DNA of 64,000 nucleotides from a virus (Duplodnaviria > Heunggongvirae > Uroviricota > Caudoviricetes), in the IMG/VR virus record IMGVR_UViG_3300042445_002023; one strand, 5' to 3'. This document shows, in pieces, positions 38,899 to 46,993 of the stretch. The translations under genes were made by a program, and so were the position numbers. The notes below the pieces were generated by a model that did no database searches, was not told the origin of the DNA, and saw only the letters and a program-made list of their open reading frames with translations. Position 1 is the stretch's first letter, and each line of letters opens with the position of its first letter.

Positions 38899-39206
38899 TG
38901 AGTTTTATCATTGGAAAAAGCTGTGATGGATGCATAGATACTAGCTGTGTTACTGTATGCCCGGTAGATTGTATTAACGGCCCAATTATAATAGATGGGT
39001 TGGGTAGAGAAGTATTTGGGATGAGTGATGCGGAAAAGGTTGGTAAACAAATGTATATAAACCCAATCGAATGTATCAAATGTGGAGCATGTATACCTGA
39101 ATGTCCTGTTGATGCAATATATAGAGATGAAGATGAGGCCATTGTATTTAAAGATACTGAGTCTATTCACAAAAATTATGAATTTTACGGATTAAAATAT
39201 GAATAA
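38898..39206 (+). CDS. Dicluster ferredoxin (4Fe-4S/3Fe-4S type)
   Basis: CDGCIDTSCVTVCPVDCI and INPIECIKCGACIPECPVDAI. ATG overlaps the upstream stop. Confidence 0.9.
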   Translation: MSFIIGKSCDGCIDTSCVTVCPVDCINGPIIIDGLGREVFGMSDAEKVGKQMYINPIECIKCGACIPECPVDAIYRDEDEAIVFKDTESIHKNYEFYGLKYE

Positions 39207-40083
39207 ATATTTAGTTGCAGGTGGATGTTCTTATACAGGTGGAGGTGGGTTTAATAATCCACAAATATTTAATTTAGAGTTTCCTAATATAGATGTAACT
39301 CAATTTGAAATATATCATACTGAAATAGATTGGTTATGTCCTAAATTTAGAGAATTTATCAAACCATATCTTTGGCCATCGTTATTGAGTGATATGTTAA
39401 ATTATAAAGAATCTTATAATTTAGCAGGAGGTGGTAAGGGTATCTATACCTCAATAAATTCCATATACCATTTCATATACAAATGGCAATCAGATAGTAA
39501 AGACGTAACCGAATTAGAAATATGGTTTCAAATTCCAAATCATAATAGAGTAGAAACTTATATAAACAACATAGATAAACATCGATGTGTTCTTACCGAA
39601 TTTGATGATTCTAGTGATATTAAGAAAACTTTTATTAATAATTTTTTTGATGAAGATTTTAATTTATTAATTTCATTACATGAAGTATACAAATTAAAAA
39701 AGTATTGTGATTCATTAGGAATTGTTTTATATATTATTCCGTGGAGTAATGATAGTATGTTTAAAAATGGTTTGGATTATATTAAATTAAGACAACGTAT
39801 TGATAAATATTCTAATGATACAAACAAACAACATTTTTATAAATTACACACAAATATATATGATGTAACTTATTACGATATTGATTTAATATTGGATGAA
39901 TTAAATATAATATCAGTTGAAAATAACGATGCGTTATCCAATTATTTGGAAAGAAACTTTGATTCCTATTATTTTGAAAGCAAATATCCAAATATTAGCA
40001 GTGATAGACATATGACAAGTGAAGGGCATATTGAATACGCTAAATTATTAAAAAAAATAGTTAAAATAAATTTGGAAAATTGA
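39199..40083 (+). CDS. SGNH/GDSL-like protein
   Basis: AGGCSY, WPSLL, NLAGGGKG, DRH. Confidence 0.6.
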   Translation: MNKYLVAGGCSYTGGGGFNNPQIFNLEFPNIDVTQFEIYHTEIDWLCPKFREFIKPYLWPSLLSDMLNYKESYNLAGGGKGIYTSINSIYHFIYKWQSDSKDVTELEIWFQIPNHNRVETYINNIDKHRCVLTEFDDSSDIKKTFINNFFDEDFNLLISLHEVYKLKKYCDSLGIVLYIIPWSNDSMFKNGLDYIKLRQRIDKYSNDTNKQHFYKLHTNIYDVTYYDIDLILDELNIISVENNDALSNYLERNFDSYYFESKYPNISSDRHMTSEGHIEYAKLLKKIVKINLEN

Positions 40084-40102
40084 GAAAGATTTCGTATCTT
40101 TG
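40071..40102 (+). promoter_or_regulatory. Bacteroidota-type -33/-7 promoter
   Basis: TTTG (40071) N20 TATCTTTG (40095): exact TAnnTTTG consensus, 33 nt before the DUF4494 ATG. Confidence 0.7.
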
Positions 40103-40135
40103 GACTTATAATTAATAATTTAAACAAAAAAACGT

Positions 40136-40348
40136 ATGAACAAGTATTTTGAAGTTGCAGTTGAAGTGGTGGTTGCCACACTTAAAAATGGTAAAGAAAA
40201 GAAAAATAAAGAAATTTATTTAGTAGATGCACAATCAGTAACCGAAGCGGAAGCAAGAGTTGTTAAGGATTTTGAAAAAGCAGGTGTTCAAATTGATTAC
40301 AAAGTAAGTGGTGCTAAAGAAAGTAGAGTACTAAGAGTAATTGAATAG
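40136..40348 (+). CDS. DUF4494-like protein
   Basis: GKEKKNKEIYLVDAQSVTEAEAR; a family typical of Bacteroidota and their phages. Confidence 0.75.
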   Translation: MNKYFEVAVEVVVATLKNGKEKKNKEIYLVDAQSVTEAEARVVKDFEKAGVQIDYKVSGAKESRVLRVIE

Positions 40349-40349
40349 T

Positions 40350-40616
40350 ATGGGAAAACAATTAGAAATCATACAAGAAGAGGTTAAAACAAAAATTGCT
40401 AAGAGAGTTCCACCTGGAGATAGGTGGCAACCTCTTGACAACCCTCAAGTCACACTACAATCCCTAACTGAAGTATTGGAGTATGTTTACCAAAAGACCG
40501 GTAACACGCAGTTCTATATGGATGCTAGAGAGGGATTCACTTACATTATAGATACCGAAGAGAGAGTTATACAACCAGAACCAGAGAAAAAATGGTCATT
40601 ATATGGTGAAGAATAA
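40350..40616 (+). CDS. Phage hypothetical protein
   Basis: RVPPGDRW motif; ORF fills the gap. Confidence 0.6.
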   Translation: MGKQLEIIQEEVKTKIAKRVPPGDRWQPLDNPQVTLQSLTEVLEYVYQKTGNTQFYMDAREGFTYIIDTEERVIQPEPEKKWSLYGEE

Positions 40617-40666
40617 CTTTTAAAATTTTATATTTATATTTATTAACAAACCAAAAACCAAAAATT

Positions 40667-40927
40667 ATGGGATTATTCGCATTCATTAAGAATCTTTTCT
40701 CTAAAGCAGAACAGATTGAAAATTCAGTTGAAAAATTTGTAAACGAAGTGGAAGTAATTGCACCGGAAGCAAAGAAAGTAACTGATAAAGTTAAAACTGG
40801 AATTGCTAAAGCAAAAAAAGTAACTAAACAAGGACAAGAAATTGCTACTCAAAACGAAACTGCAATTAATGTAGTAGAGACAGTTGCTAAATCAGTAAAG
40901 GCTAAAAAAACTGCTACTAAGAAATAA
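40667..40927 (+). CDS. Hypothetical Lys/Ala/Val-rich protein with amphipathic N-terminus
   Basis: MGLFAFIKNLFSK...; basic C-terminus. Confidence 0.6.
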   Translation: MGLFAFIKNLFSKAEQIENSVEKFVNEVEVIAPEAKKVTDKVKTGIAKAKKVTKQGQEIATQNETAINVVETVAKSVKAKKTATKK

Positions 40928-40936
40928 GGAGAACTT

Positions 40937-41818
40937 ATGAGTATTAAGAAATTAATTGCAGAAGCAATTATAGTTGATAATATGTTTGATATGGAATCTG
41001 AAATGATATCCATAAAGGAATCTATCATTGAACATTTAATACTTGAAGGTGTAGATGACCCCGGCATCCTAAAATGTGTATTTATGGCAGGTGGACCAGG
41101 AAGTGGTAAATCTTTCATTGCAAATGAGATTTTTGGGGTATCACATAAAACAATGTCAGCAGTATCTGCTGGTGGGTTAAAATTAATTAACTCTGATAGT
41201 CTATTTGAAAAAGGATTAAAGGATAACGGAATCAATTCAAAAGATTTAGGTACGATTGAAAAAGAAAATCCGGAACTTTGGGATATGATTGCAGGAGAAG
41301 ATAATAAAAATTCAATTAGAAACCATGCAAAAGACTTAACCAATAAACAAAGAGCTTTTTATGAAGCAGGTAGGTTGGGTATGATTATCGATGGTACTGG
41401 TGATGAGGTTACTAAAATAAAGAAAAAGAAAGAACATGCAGAAAGTTTAGGATACGATTGTTATATGGTATTCGTAAATACTTCGCTGGAGGTTGCGTTA
41501 AAGAGAAATGCAGAAAGGGATAGGACATTATCCGATGATTTAGTAAATAAAATCTGGAAGGATTGTCAAAATAACTTAGGTGCATTTCAAGGTATGTTTG
41601 GTGGAAATTTTATAATTGTTGACAACACTAGTTATAGTAAAAACATTTATAATTTTAAGGATAAAAAAGCCGGAAAGGTTGTAACATCTGATAAACCCAT
41701 CGCACGAAATATTCAAACATCTATTGACCAATTTCTACGCAAACCTATTTACAACCCAATAGGAAAACAGTGGGTATTAAATGCTAGGGCATTGAAATCC
41801 GCAGGGTTTATCAAATAA
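40937..41818 (+). CDS. Zeta-toxin/AAA_33-like P-loop kinase
   Basis: FMAGGPGSGKS, INSD, IIDGTG, VFVNTSLEVALKRNAERDR. Confidence 0.8.
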   Translation: MSIKKLIAEAIIVDNMFDMESEMISIKESIIEHLILEGVDDPGILKCVFMAGGPGSGKSFIANEIFGVSHKTMSAVSAGGLKLINSDSLFEKGLKDNGINSKDLGTIEKENPELWDMIAGEDNKNSIRNHAKDLTNKQRAFYEAGRLGMIIDGTGDEVTKIKKKKEHAESLGYDCYMVFVNTSLEVALKRNAERDRTLSDDLVNKIWKDCQNNLGAFQGMFGGNFIIVDNTSYSKNIYNFKDKKAGKVVTSDKPIARNIQTSIDQFLRKPIYNPIGKQWVLNARALKSAGFIK

Positions 41819-41943
41819 TGGCAAAAGGAAAATCCTTAACTACATCAAAAGTAACATTCGGAAAAAGAAAATCCGGTAAGGCATCTAAAACTACTAATAG
41901 ACACGATAGAAAAGAAAAGAATTATCGTGGTCAAGGTAGATAA
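41818..41943 (+). CDS. Small basic peptide ending YRGQGR (41 aa, not in ORF track)
   Basis: MAKGKSLTTSKVTFGKRKSGKASKTTNRHDRKEKNYRGQGR*; ATG overlaps the upstream stop. Confidence 0.7.
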   Translation: MAKGKSLTTSKVTFGKRKSGKASKTTNRHDRKEKNYRGQGR

Positions 41944-41954
41944 ATTTAATTAAA

Positions 41955-43160
41955 TTGGTTACACACATCATAACTGAAAATAGAACAGATTTTTTATTTG
42001 TATATCGTTTATTAAAACCATATGTGAATAAAATATATGTAGATAGTTTACAGCATTCAGAACCATATAGATTTTTAGCTGAAGTTGATTCTCATAAATT
42101 TGATGTATATATTACAAATGAAATAAATCATTTTGTTGAAACTAATCCATTAAAATTACCTTCTTTTCAAAATTCAATAATTATCACCTACATTGATGGT
42201 AGCATTGATGGGTATGATAAATTCAATCGATTAAAGACTCAGGGCTTTGGTAAAATCATTTCATTAGAAAATGATGGTGAAATATATCACCATTCCAAAC
42301 TCAAAGTAAAATGCTTAGAGATGGGATTATTATTATTGAGTTCAAATTTAGATTCAATTACACATTCTGATGAATTTATTAAAAAAGAATTTGGGTTTAA
42401 TATTGATGTTGAGACTCGTTCTCATAAAAATTTCATACAAAATGCTTATTCTGGATTTCTTAGATACCAATCATTAATTCACTTAGAGGAACGATGGTAT
42501 TCTAAAAAAGAAAACATAGCACATAATTTCGATATAGCTTTATATCATAGAGATGGATACAAAGGTTGGAGAGATGAAATTTCTAAATACTTACTTTCTA
42601 ATTCAGAACATCTTAACGTAAAAAAAATAAGTGATTTAAGACACCTAAATGTGCTTGAATACGATGTGAACTCAGAGGATACATTACAATCAGTAGATAG
42701 GATTTTTTTAAATCTTAATAAAGTAAACTTACATAATACATATTTCAACGATATGTATGATGCTAAAATGCATATTACATTTGAAACTTGTTTAGAAGAG
42801 CCGGAAGTATTCATAACTGAAAAAACTTTTAAAGAATATTACTACGGATTTCCATTTTATAATTGTTGTTCGTACACAATGACAAAAGAGTTGGAACGTT
42901 TGGGGTTCTTTTCATATGATATGTTGCAACAAAGTAATTTACATAACTTCGTACAAAATCATAGTTTAATTTATAGTTTACAACAAGATTGTATTACTAG
43001 ATTTAAACAATTTGTAGATACATATGTTACTACATCTAAAGTAAATGAACTATGGGATACTCATAGAGATAAATTTCAAAACAATATTTCAAATCTATAT
43101 CACTTAATAAGTGAGAAGAACGAACATAGAACTGATTTAATAAATAAACTATTTTTATGA
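41955..43160 (+). CDS. Hypothetical glycan-related protein (GT-B/GT10-like C-terminus)
   Basis: ITFET...ITEKTFKEY...PF...LERLGF. Confidence 0.45.
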   Translation: MVTHIITENRTDFLFVYRLLKPYVNKIYVDSLQHSEPYRFLAEVDSHKFDVYITNEINHFVETNPLKLPSFQNSIIITYIDGSIDGYDKFNRLKTQGFGKIISLENDGEIYHHSKLKVKCLEMGLLLLSSNLDSITHSDEFIKKEFGFNIDVETRSHKNFIQNAYSGFLRYQSLIHLEERWYSKKENIAHNFDIALYHRDGYKGWRDEISKYLLSNSEHLNVKKISDLRHLNVLEYDVNSEDTLQSVDRIFLNLNKVNLHNTYFNDMYDAKMHITFETCLEEPEVFITEKTFKEYYYGFPFYNCCSYTMTKELERLGFFSYDMLQQSNLHNFVQNHSLIYSLQQDCITRFKQFVDTYVTTSKVNELWDTHRDKFQNNISNLYHLISEKNEHRTDLINKLFL

Positions 43161-44020
43161 AAGGTATAATATTCGCAGGATGTTCGTTCACATGGGGTGA
43201 AGCATTAGAATTATATTCCGAATACCCAACGATTCGGTACGATTATTATAAACAAGAGCATAAGGGATATTACTTTCCAGAAGCAGTTATGTATCAGAAA
43301 CCTGGTCATATCAAGTTTATAGAATCAAATCGGTTTGCTAGAAAAGTAGCACAACACTTTAATACATTTGATTTAGTATATCCAAAGAATGGTGGAAGTT
43401 TGACTACTATGCGTAAGTTTATATCATCATCATTATTAGAGTATGAGGGTGATATTGAATATATAGTATTACAATTTACTGAAATTTTAAGAGATGTCTA
43501 TATTCACGATAAATGTACAAATGATTGTTGCAGTATTTCGGTAAGAGAAATTCTAAATGACAGAATTAGTTACGAATGTAATGAACTTAGTTTGGATGAA
43601 TATAAAAAGTATAAATCATATGAATTATACAATCGTTATTTTAATGGTAAGACTCCAATAGATATCGACAATGAATACTCAATTACCGAATTAATAAAGA
43701 CATTAAAATTCCTATTAGATATTCAGAAAACTGGTATAAAAATAAAATTATTAGGAACTTGGACAAATGATATTCAAAAATATGAGAACTTAAAAAATAT
43801 AGATTTAGAATTATATAATTTTTACAAAGAAAATCTGGTATCTATTGAGTCGGATGGTAAAGAATATGAAACTATTTTTTCAGTATACAATTCTAAATCG
43901 GAATATAGAATAGCAACTGATTTACCCTGGTCTAATAATGACCATCCAAGCTTAAAATTTCATAATTTAATTTCAAATTCTATAATTAAAAATATAGAAA
44001 ATGATATATATATAAAATAA
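43157..44020 (+). CDS. SGNH/GDSL-like protein
   Basis: FAGCSFTWG, PKNGGS, NDHPS. Confidence 0.65.
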   Translation: MKGIIFAGCSFTWGEALELYSEYPTIRYDYYKQEHKGYYFPEAVMYQKPGHIKFIESNRFARKVAQHFNTFDLVYPKNGGSLTTMRKFISSSLLEYEGDIEYIVLQFTEILRDVYIHDKCTNDCCSISVREILNDRISYECNELSLDEYKKYKSYELYNRYFNGKTPIDIDNEYSITELIKTLKFLLDIQKTGIKIKLLGTWTNDIQKYENLKNIDLELYNFYKENLVSIESDGKEYETIFSVYNSKSEYRIATDLPWSNNDHPSLKFHNLISNSIIKNIENDIYIK

Positions 44021-44033
44021 ATTAAAAAGATAT

Positions 44034-44195
44034 ATGGATGATTTAACAACGCTTATTGGAAAATATTGTAATATTTTAGAAGATGCAATAGATGAGCAAG
44101 ATTGGAGACAGGTAAAACTTGTCTTAAAGGAGATGGATGCCCTATATGAAGATTTGGAAAGAAAATCTAATGGGTTTACTTCGGATGAATATTAA
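44034..44195 (+). CDS. Small hypothetical protein (53 aa)
   Basis: MDDLTTLIGKYCNILEDAIDEQDWRQVK...SDEY*; read manually. Confidence 0.55.
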   Translation: MDDLTTLIGKYCNILEDAIDEQDWRQVKLVLKEMDALYEDLERKSNGFTSDEY

Positions 44196-44209
44196 AAAAT
44201 AAATAAGTT

Positions 44210-44389
44210 ATGACCTATATTACTGCACATCTACCGGAGTTAAAAAAATTAAAATCGGAATTAGAAGAAAATCCTAATGCGATTAAACGGTATTTAAAGT
44301 ATGAAGGGTTTTCTAGTACACATAGTGGTTCTATTGATTATCTTGATATGAAGATAGAAGAATATTACAAATCAAAACAAAATGATTAA
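44210..44389 (+). CDS. Small hypothetical protein (59 aa)
   Basis: MTYITAHLPELKKLKSELE...KQND*; overlaps the start of the methyltransferase. Confidence 0.55.
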   Translation: MTYITAHLPELKKLKSELEENPNAIKRYLKYEGFSSTHSGSIDYLDMKIEEYYKSKQND

Positions 44390-45710
44390 ACCTTTCTCTA
44401 TTTTAGACACTCGTACAAAAGAGTGGCAAGATAGAAAGAGATGGTGGATTAATACCTATAAAATTCAATCCGAATTAGGTAGAGAACAAACTATTTCCAA
44501 AACAAATTTTTGGGATACTGAAGAACCTTCCGTATCAATATTTGATGCTACATTATGTGAATTGATGTATGATTGGTTTTGTCCCAAAGGTGGAACTATA
44601 TTAGACCCATTTGCAGGAGGTAGTGTTAGAGGAATAGTTGCATCAGAAATGGGATACCATTACACAGGTATTGATATATCAGAAACTCAAATCCTTGCAA
44701 ATCAAAAACAATCTGAAAAACCAAATTGGATAGTAGGTGATAGTGCAACGATATTGGAAACACTTGATGATGAAACCTATGATTTTGTATTTACATGTCC
44801 ACCTTACTACGATTTAGAAATATATTCTGATAATGAAAACGATTTATCAAATATGGATGATGAGGATTTTGATGATGCATATGCACACATTTTAACTGAG
44901 TCCTATTCTAAACTAAAAGATAATAGATTCTTTTGTATAGTTCTATCAGAAACCCGTGAGGTATCTAAGACAGGGAATTATAAAATTGGTAAGTATCGAA
45001 ACTTAGTTGCTAAAACAATAATGGGATGTGAGGAAATTGGTTTTAGTTTTTATAACGATATGGTGTTATTTAACTCACAACATCAGGCATCTAAAATATC
45101 CAAAACATATTTTGATAGAAATCGAAAAATAGCATCGGTTCATCAAAACGTATTAGTATTTGTAAAGGGTAATCCTGATTTAGCAACTGAAGATATTAAT
45201 TGGGATGGTTCGTATAAATGTATTGTAGATGGGATTAGATATAAATCATTCAGAGAAGCAGCAATATCAATAGACCCAAATGAATTAGTTGCAACGGAGA
45301 TAGAACGTAGATGCAAATCTACTAAATCAAAATACAAAGATTGGCAAATAGTAGGAGCAGAAACCAAACCCACAATTCGATATGAGGTGGATGGTATTCC
45401 ATTTGAAACTCCTAAACAAATAGCAGAACTAATTGGTGGAGATTTTAGTGAACAACGAGCTCGTAATTTTATAGATTCCGGTAACTTAAAATACCGTCAT
45501 TGGAAAAAAACTGATGAATGGGATATTACATATGATGAAATGGAAAAACTATGGAACGGCACAATTCGTATAGAAGTGCCGATAATTAGTTGTGAAGGTA
45601 TGGAGTTTTATTCCTTATTAGAAGCAGCAAATCACTTTAAATGTTCAGATGAAAGAATACGTCAGAAATTAAAATCTGATAAATATTTGGATTTCCTTTA
45701 TATTGATTAG
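44382..45710 (+). CDS. N6-A/N4-C DNA methyltransferase with C-terminal NUMOD1-like repeats
   Basis: LDPFAGGSVRG, GIDI, FTCPPYYDLE; then YKSFREAA, FETPKQIA, FYSLLEAANHF. Confidence 0.8.
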   Translation: MIKPFSILDTRTKEWQDRKRWWINTYKIQSELGREQTISKTNFWDTEEPSVSIFDATLCELMYDWFCPKGGTILDPFAGGSVRGIVASEMGYHYTGIDISETQILANQKQSEKPNWIVGDSATILETLDDETYDFVFTCPPYYDLEIYSDNENDLSNMDDEDFDDAYAHILTESYSKLKDNRFFCIVLSETREVSKTGNYKIGKYRNLVAKTIMGCEEIGFSFYNDMVLFNSQHQASKISKTYFDRNRKIASVHQNVLVFVKGNPDLATEDINWDGSYKCIVDGIRYKSFREAAISIDPNELVATEIERRCKSTKSKYKDWQIVGAETKPTIRYEVDGIPFETPKQIAELIGGDFSEQRARNFIDSGNLKYRHWKKTDEWDITYDEMEKLWNGTIRIEVPIISCEGMEFYSLLEAANHFKCSDERIRQKLKSDKYLDFLYID

Positions 45711-45770
45711 GATGATACTTATATAAAAGGTTACGCATTATTCACGAAACTAACTTATAAATGAACGACG

Positions 45771-46004
45771 GTGATAGTAAAAAAACTAAACAAATTAAAG
45801 GAAAAGGAGCATCGCTTGATGCTTTACAAAGATACATCACTAATGTTAGCGATGTTCTTTCTACCACTTGGTTACGATGCACTATTCAAACTAATGATGG
45901 AACTGACAGGTTCGTATTGGGGAGCAGACGTTATCTTTTACTCAATTTCAGGCTCTTTTTGGTTGGTGTATATATTTCTTACGAGATACTTAAATAAAAA
46001 ATAA
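45771..46004 (+). CDS. Small two-TM membrane protein
   Basis: LAMFFLPLGYD and IFYSISGSFWLVYIFL. Confidence 0.6.
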   Translation: MIVKKLNKLKEKEHRLMLYKDTSLMLAMFFLPLGYDALFKLMMELTGSYWGADVIFYSISGSFWLVYIFLTRYLNKK

Positions 46005-46007
46005 ATT

Positions 46008-46412
46008 ATGGCATACGGAGATAAAGTAATAGACCATTTCAATAACCCACGTAACGTAGGTACTTTGGATAAAAGTAAATCCAACGTAGGTACGGGATTA
46101 GTGGGTGCACCTGAATGTGGTGATGTAATGAGACTACAAATAGAAGTTAATGATAATATCATAACTGATGCCAAATTCAAAACCTTTGGATGTGGTTCTG
46201 CAATAGCAGCATCATCCCTAGCAACGGAATGGTTGAAAGGAATGTCAATAGATGATGCAATCAAAATGGATAATATGGAATTGGTAGAGGAACTATCCCT
46301 ACCACCAGTTAAGATACATTGTTCAGTATTGGCAGAAGATGCGATAAAAGAAGCAATAAAAGATTATAGACAAAAGCAAGGATTACAGGAATTAATCCTT
46401 GAAGGAATCTAA
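46008..46412 (+). CDS. iscU: Fe-S cluster assembly scaffold
   Basis: DHFNNPRNVG, GAPECGDVMRLQI, FKTFGCGSAIA, LPPVKIHCSVLAEDAI. Confidence 0.95.
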   Translation: MAYGDKVIDHFNNPRNVGTLDKSKSNVGTGLVGAPECGDVMRLQIEVNDNIITDAKFKTFGCGSAIAASSLATEWLKGMSIDDAIKMDNMELVEELSLPPVKIHCSVLAEDAIKEAIKDYRQKQGLQELILEGI

Positions 46413-46431
46413 AAATAAAAAAATATAAATT

Positions 46432-46740
46432 ATGAGTTTTATCATTGGTAGGGCTTGTGTTGATTGTATGGATACTGCATGTGCAAGTGCATGTCCAGTT
46501 GATTGTATTCATGGACCTATTGATATGGAAGGTTCAGGCGGTGAAATTGAAAGAGATGGTAGAGCAGCATTTCCCGGTGGGCAAATGTATATCAACCCAG
46601 ATACTTGTATAAATTGTGGAGCGTGTGTGCCGGAGTGTCCCGTTTCTGCTATCTATGAAGATGAAGATATCGCAATTGGGGCAGGAGATGAAGACTCCGT
46701 ACATAAGAACTATGGTTTCTTTGGATTAAAATACAACTAA
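46432..46740 (+). CDS. Dicluster ferredoxin (paralog of 38898)
   Basis: CVDCMDTACASACPVDCI and INPDTCINCGACVPECPVSAI. Confidence 0.9.
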   Translation: MSFIIGRACVDCMDTACASACPVDCIHGPIDMEGSGGEIERDGRAAFPGGQMYINPDTCINCGACVPECPVSAIYEDEDIAIGAGDEDSVHKNYGFFGLKYN

Positions 46741-46767
46741 TTTAATCTTATCTTAAAAAAATTATAT

Positions 46768-46802
46768 ATAACCTATTGATAACCAATAGGTTATTTTTTT
46801 TT
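46768..46802 (+). terminator. Hairpin plus T-run terminator
   Basis: ATAACCTATTG-ATAAC-CAATAGGTTAT followed by TTTTTT. Confidence 0.75.
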
Positions 46803-46820
46803 TAAAATAATTGGTAAAAT

Positions 46821-46866
46821 ATTTGGAAATGTGGTAAATAATGTGTAGTTTAGCTTTATAACAATG
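46821..46866 (+). promoter_or_regulatory. Repeated promoter-like element, copy 1
   Basis: ATTTGGAAAT-N14-GTAGTTTAGCTTTATAACAATG. Confidence 0.6.
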
Positions 46867-46922
46867 AGAGATAACACCCCTAATAGTAAGACCCAAAATA
46901 ATTTAAAAATAAATGGGTAAAA

Positions 46923-46993
46923 ATTTGGAAATACCGATTTTTATTAGTAGTTTAGCTTTGTAATAATTGATAACACTAAAACATAAACATATG
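46923..46993 (+). promoter_or_regulatory. Repeated promoter-like element, copy 2, with leader
   Basis: ATTTGGAAAT-N14-GTAGTTTAGCTTTGTAATAATTGATAACACTAAAACATAAACATATG. Confidence 0.7.
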
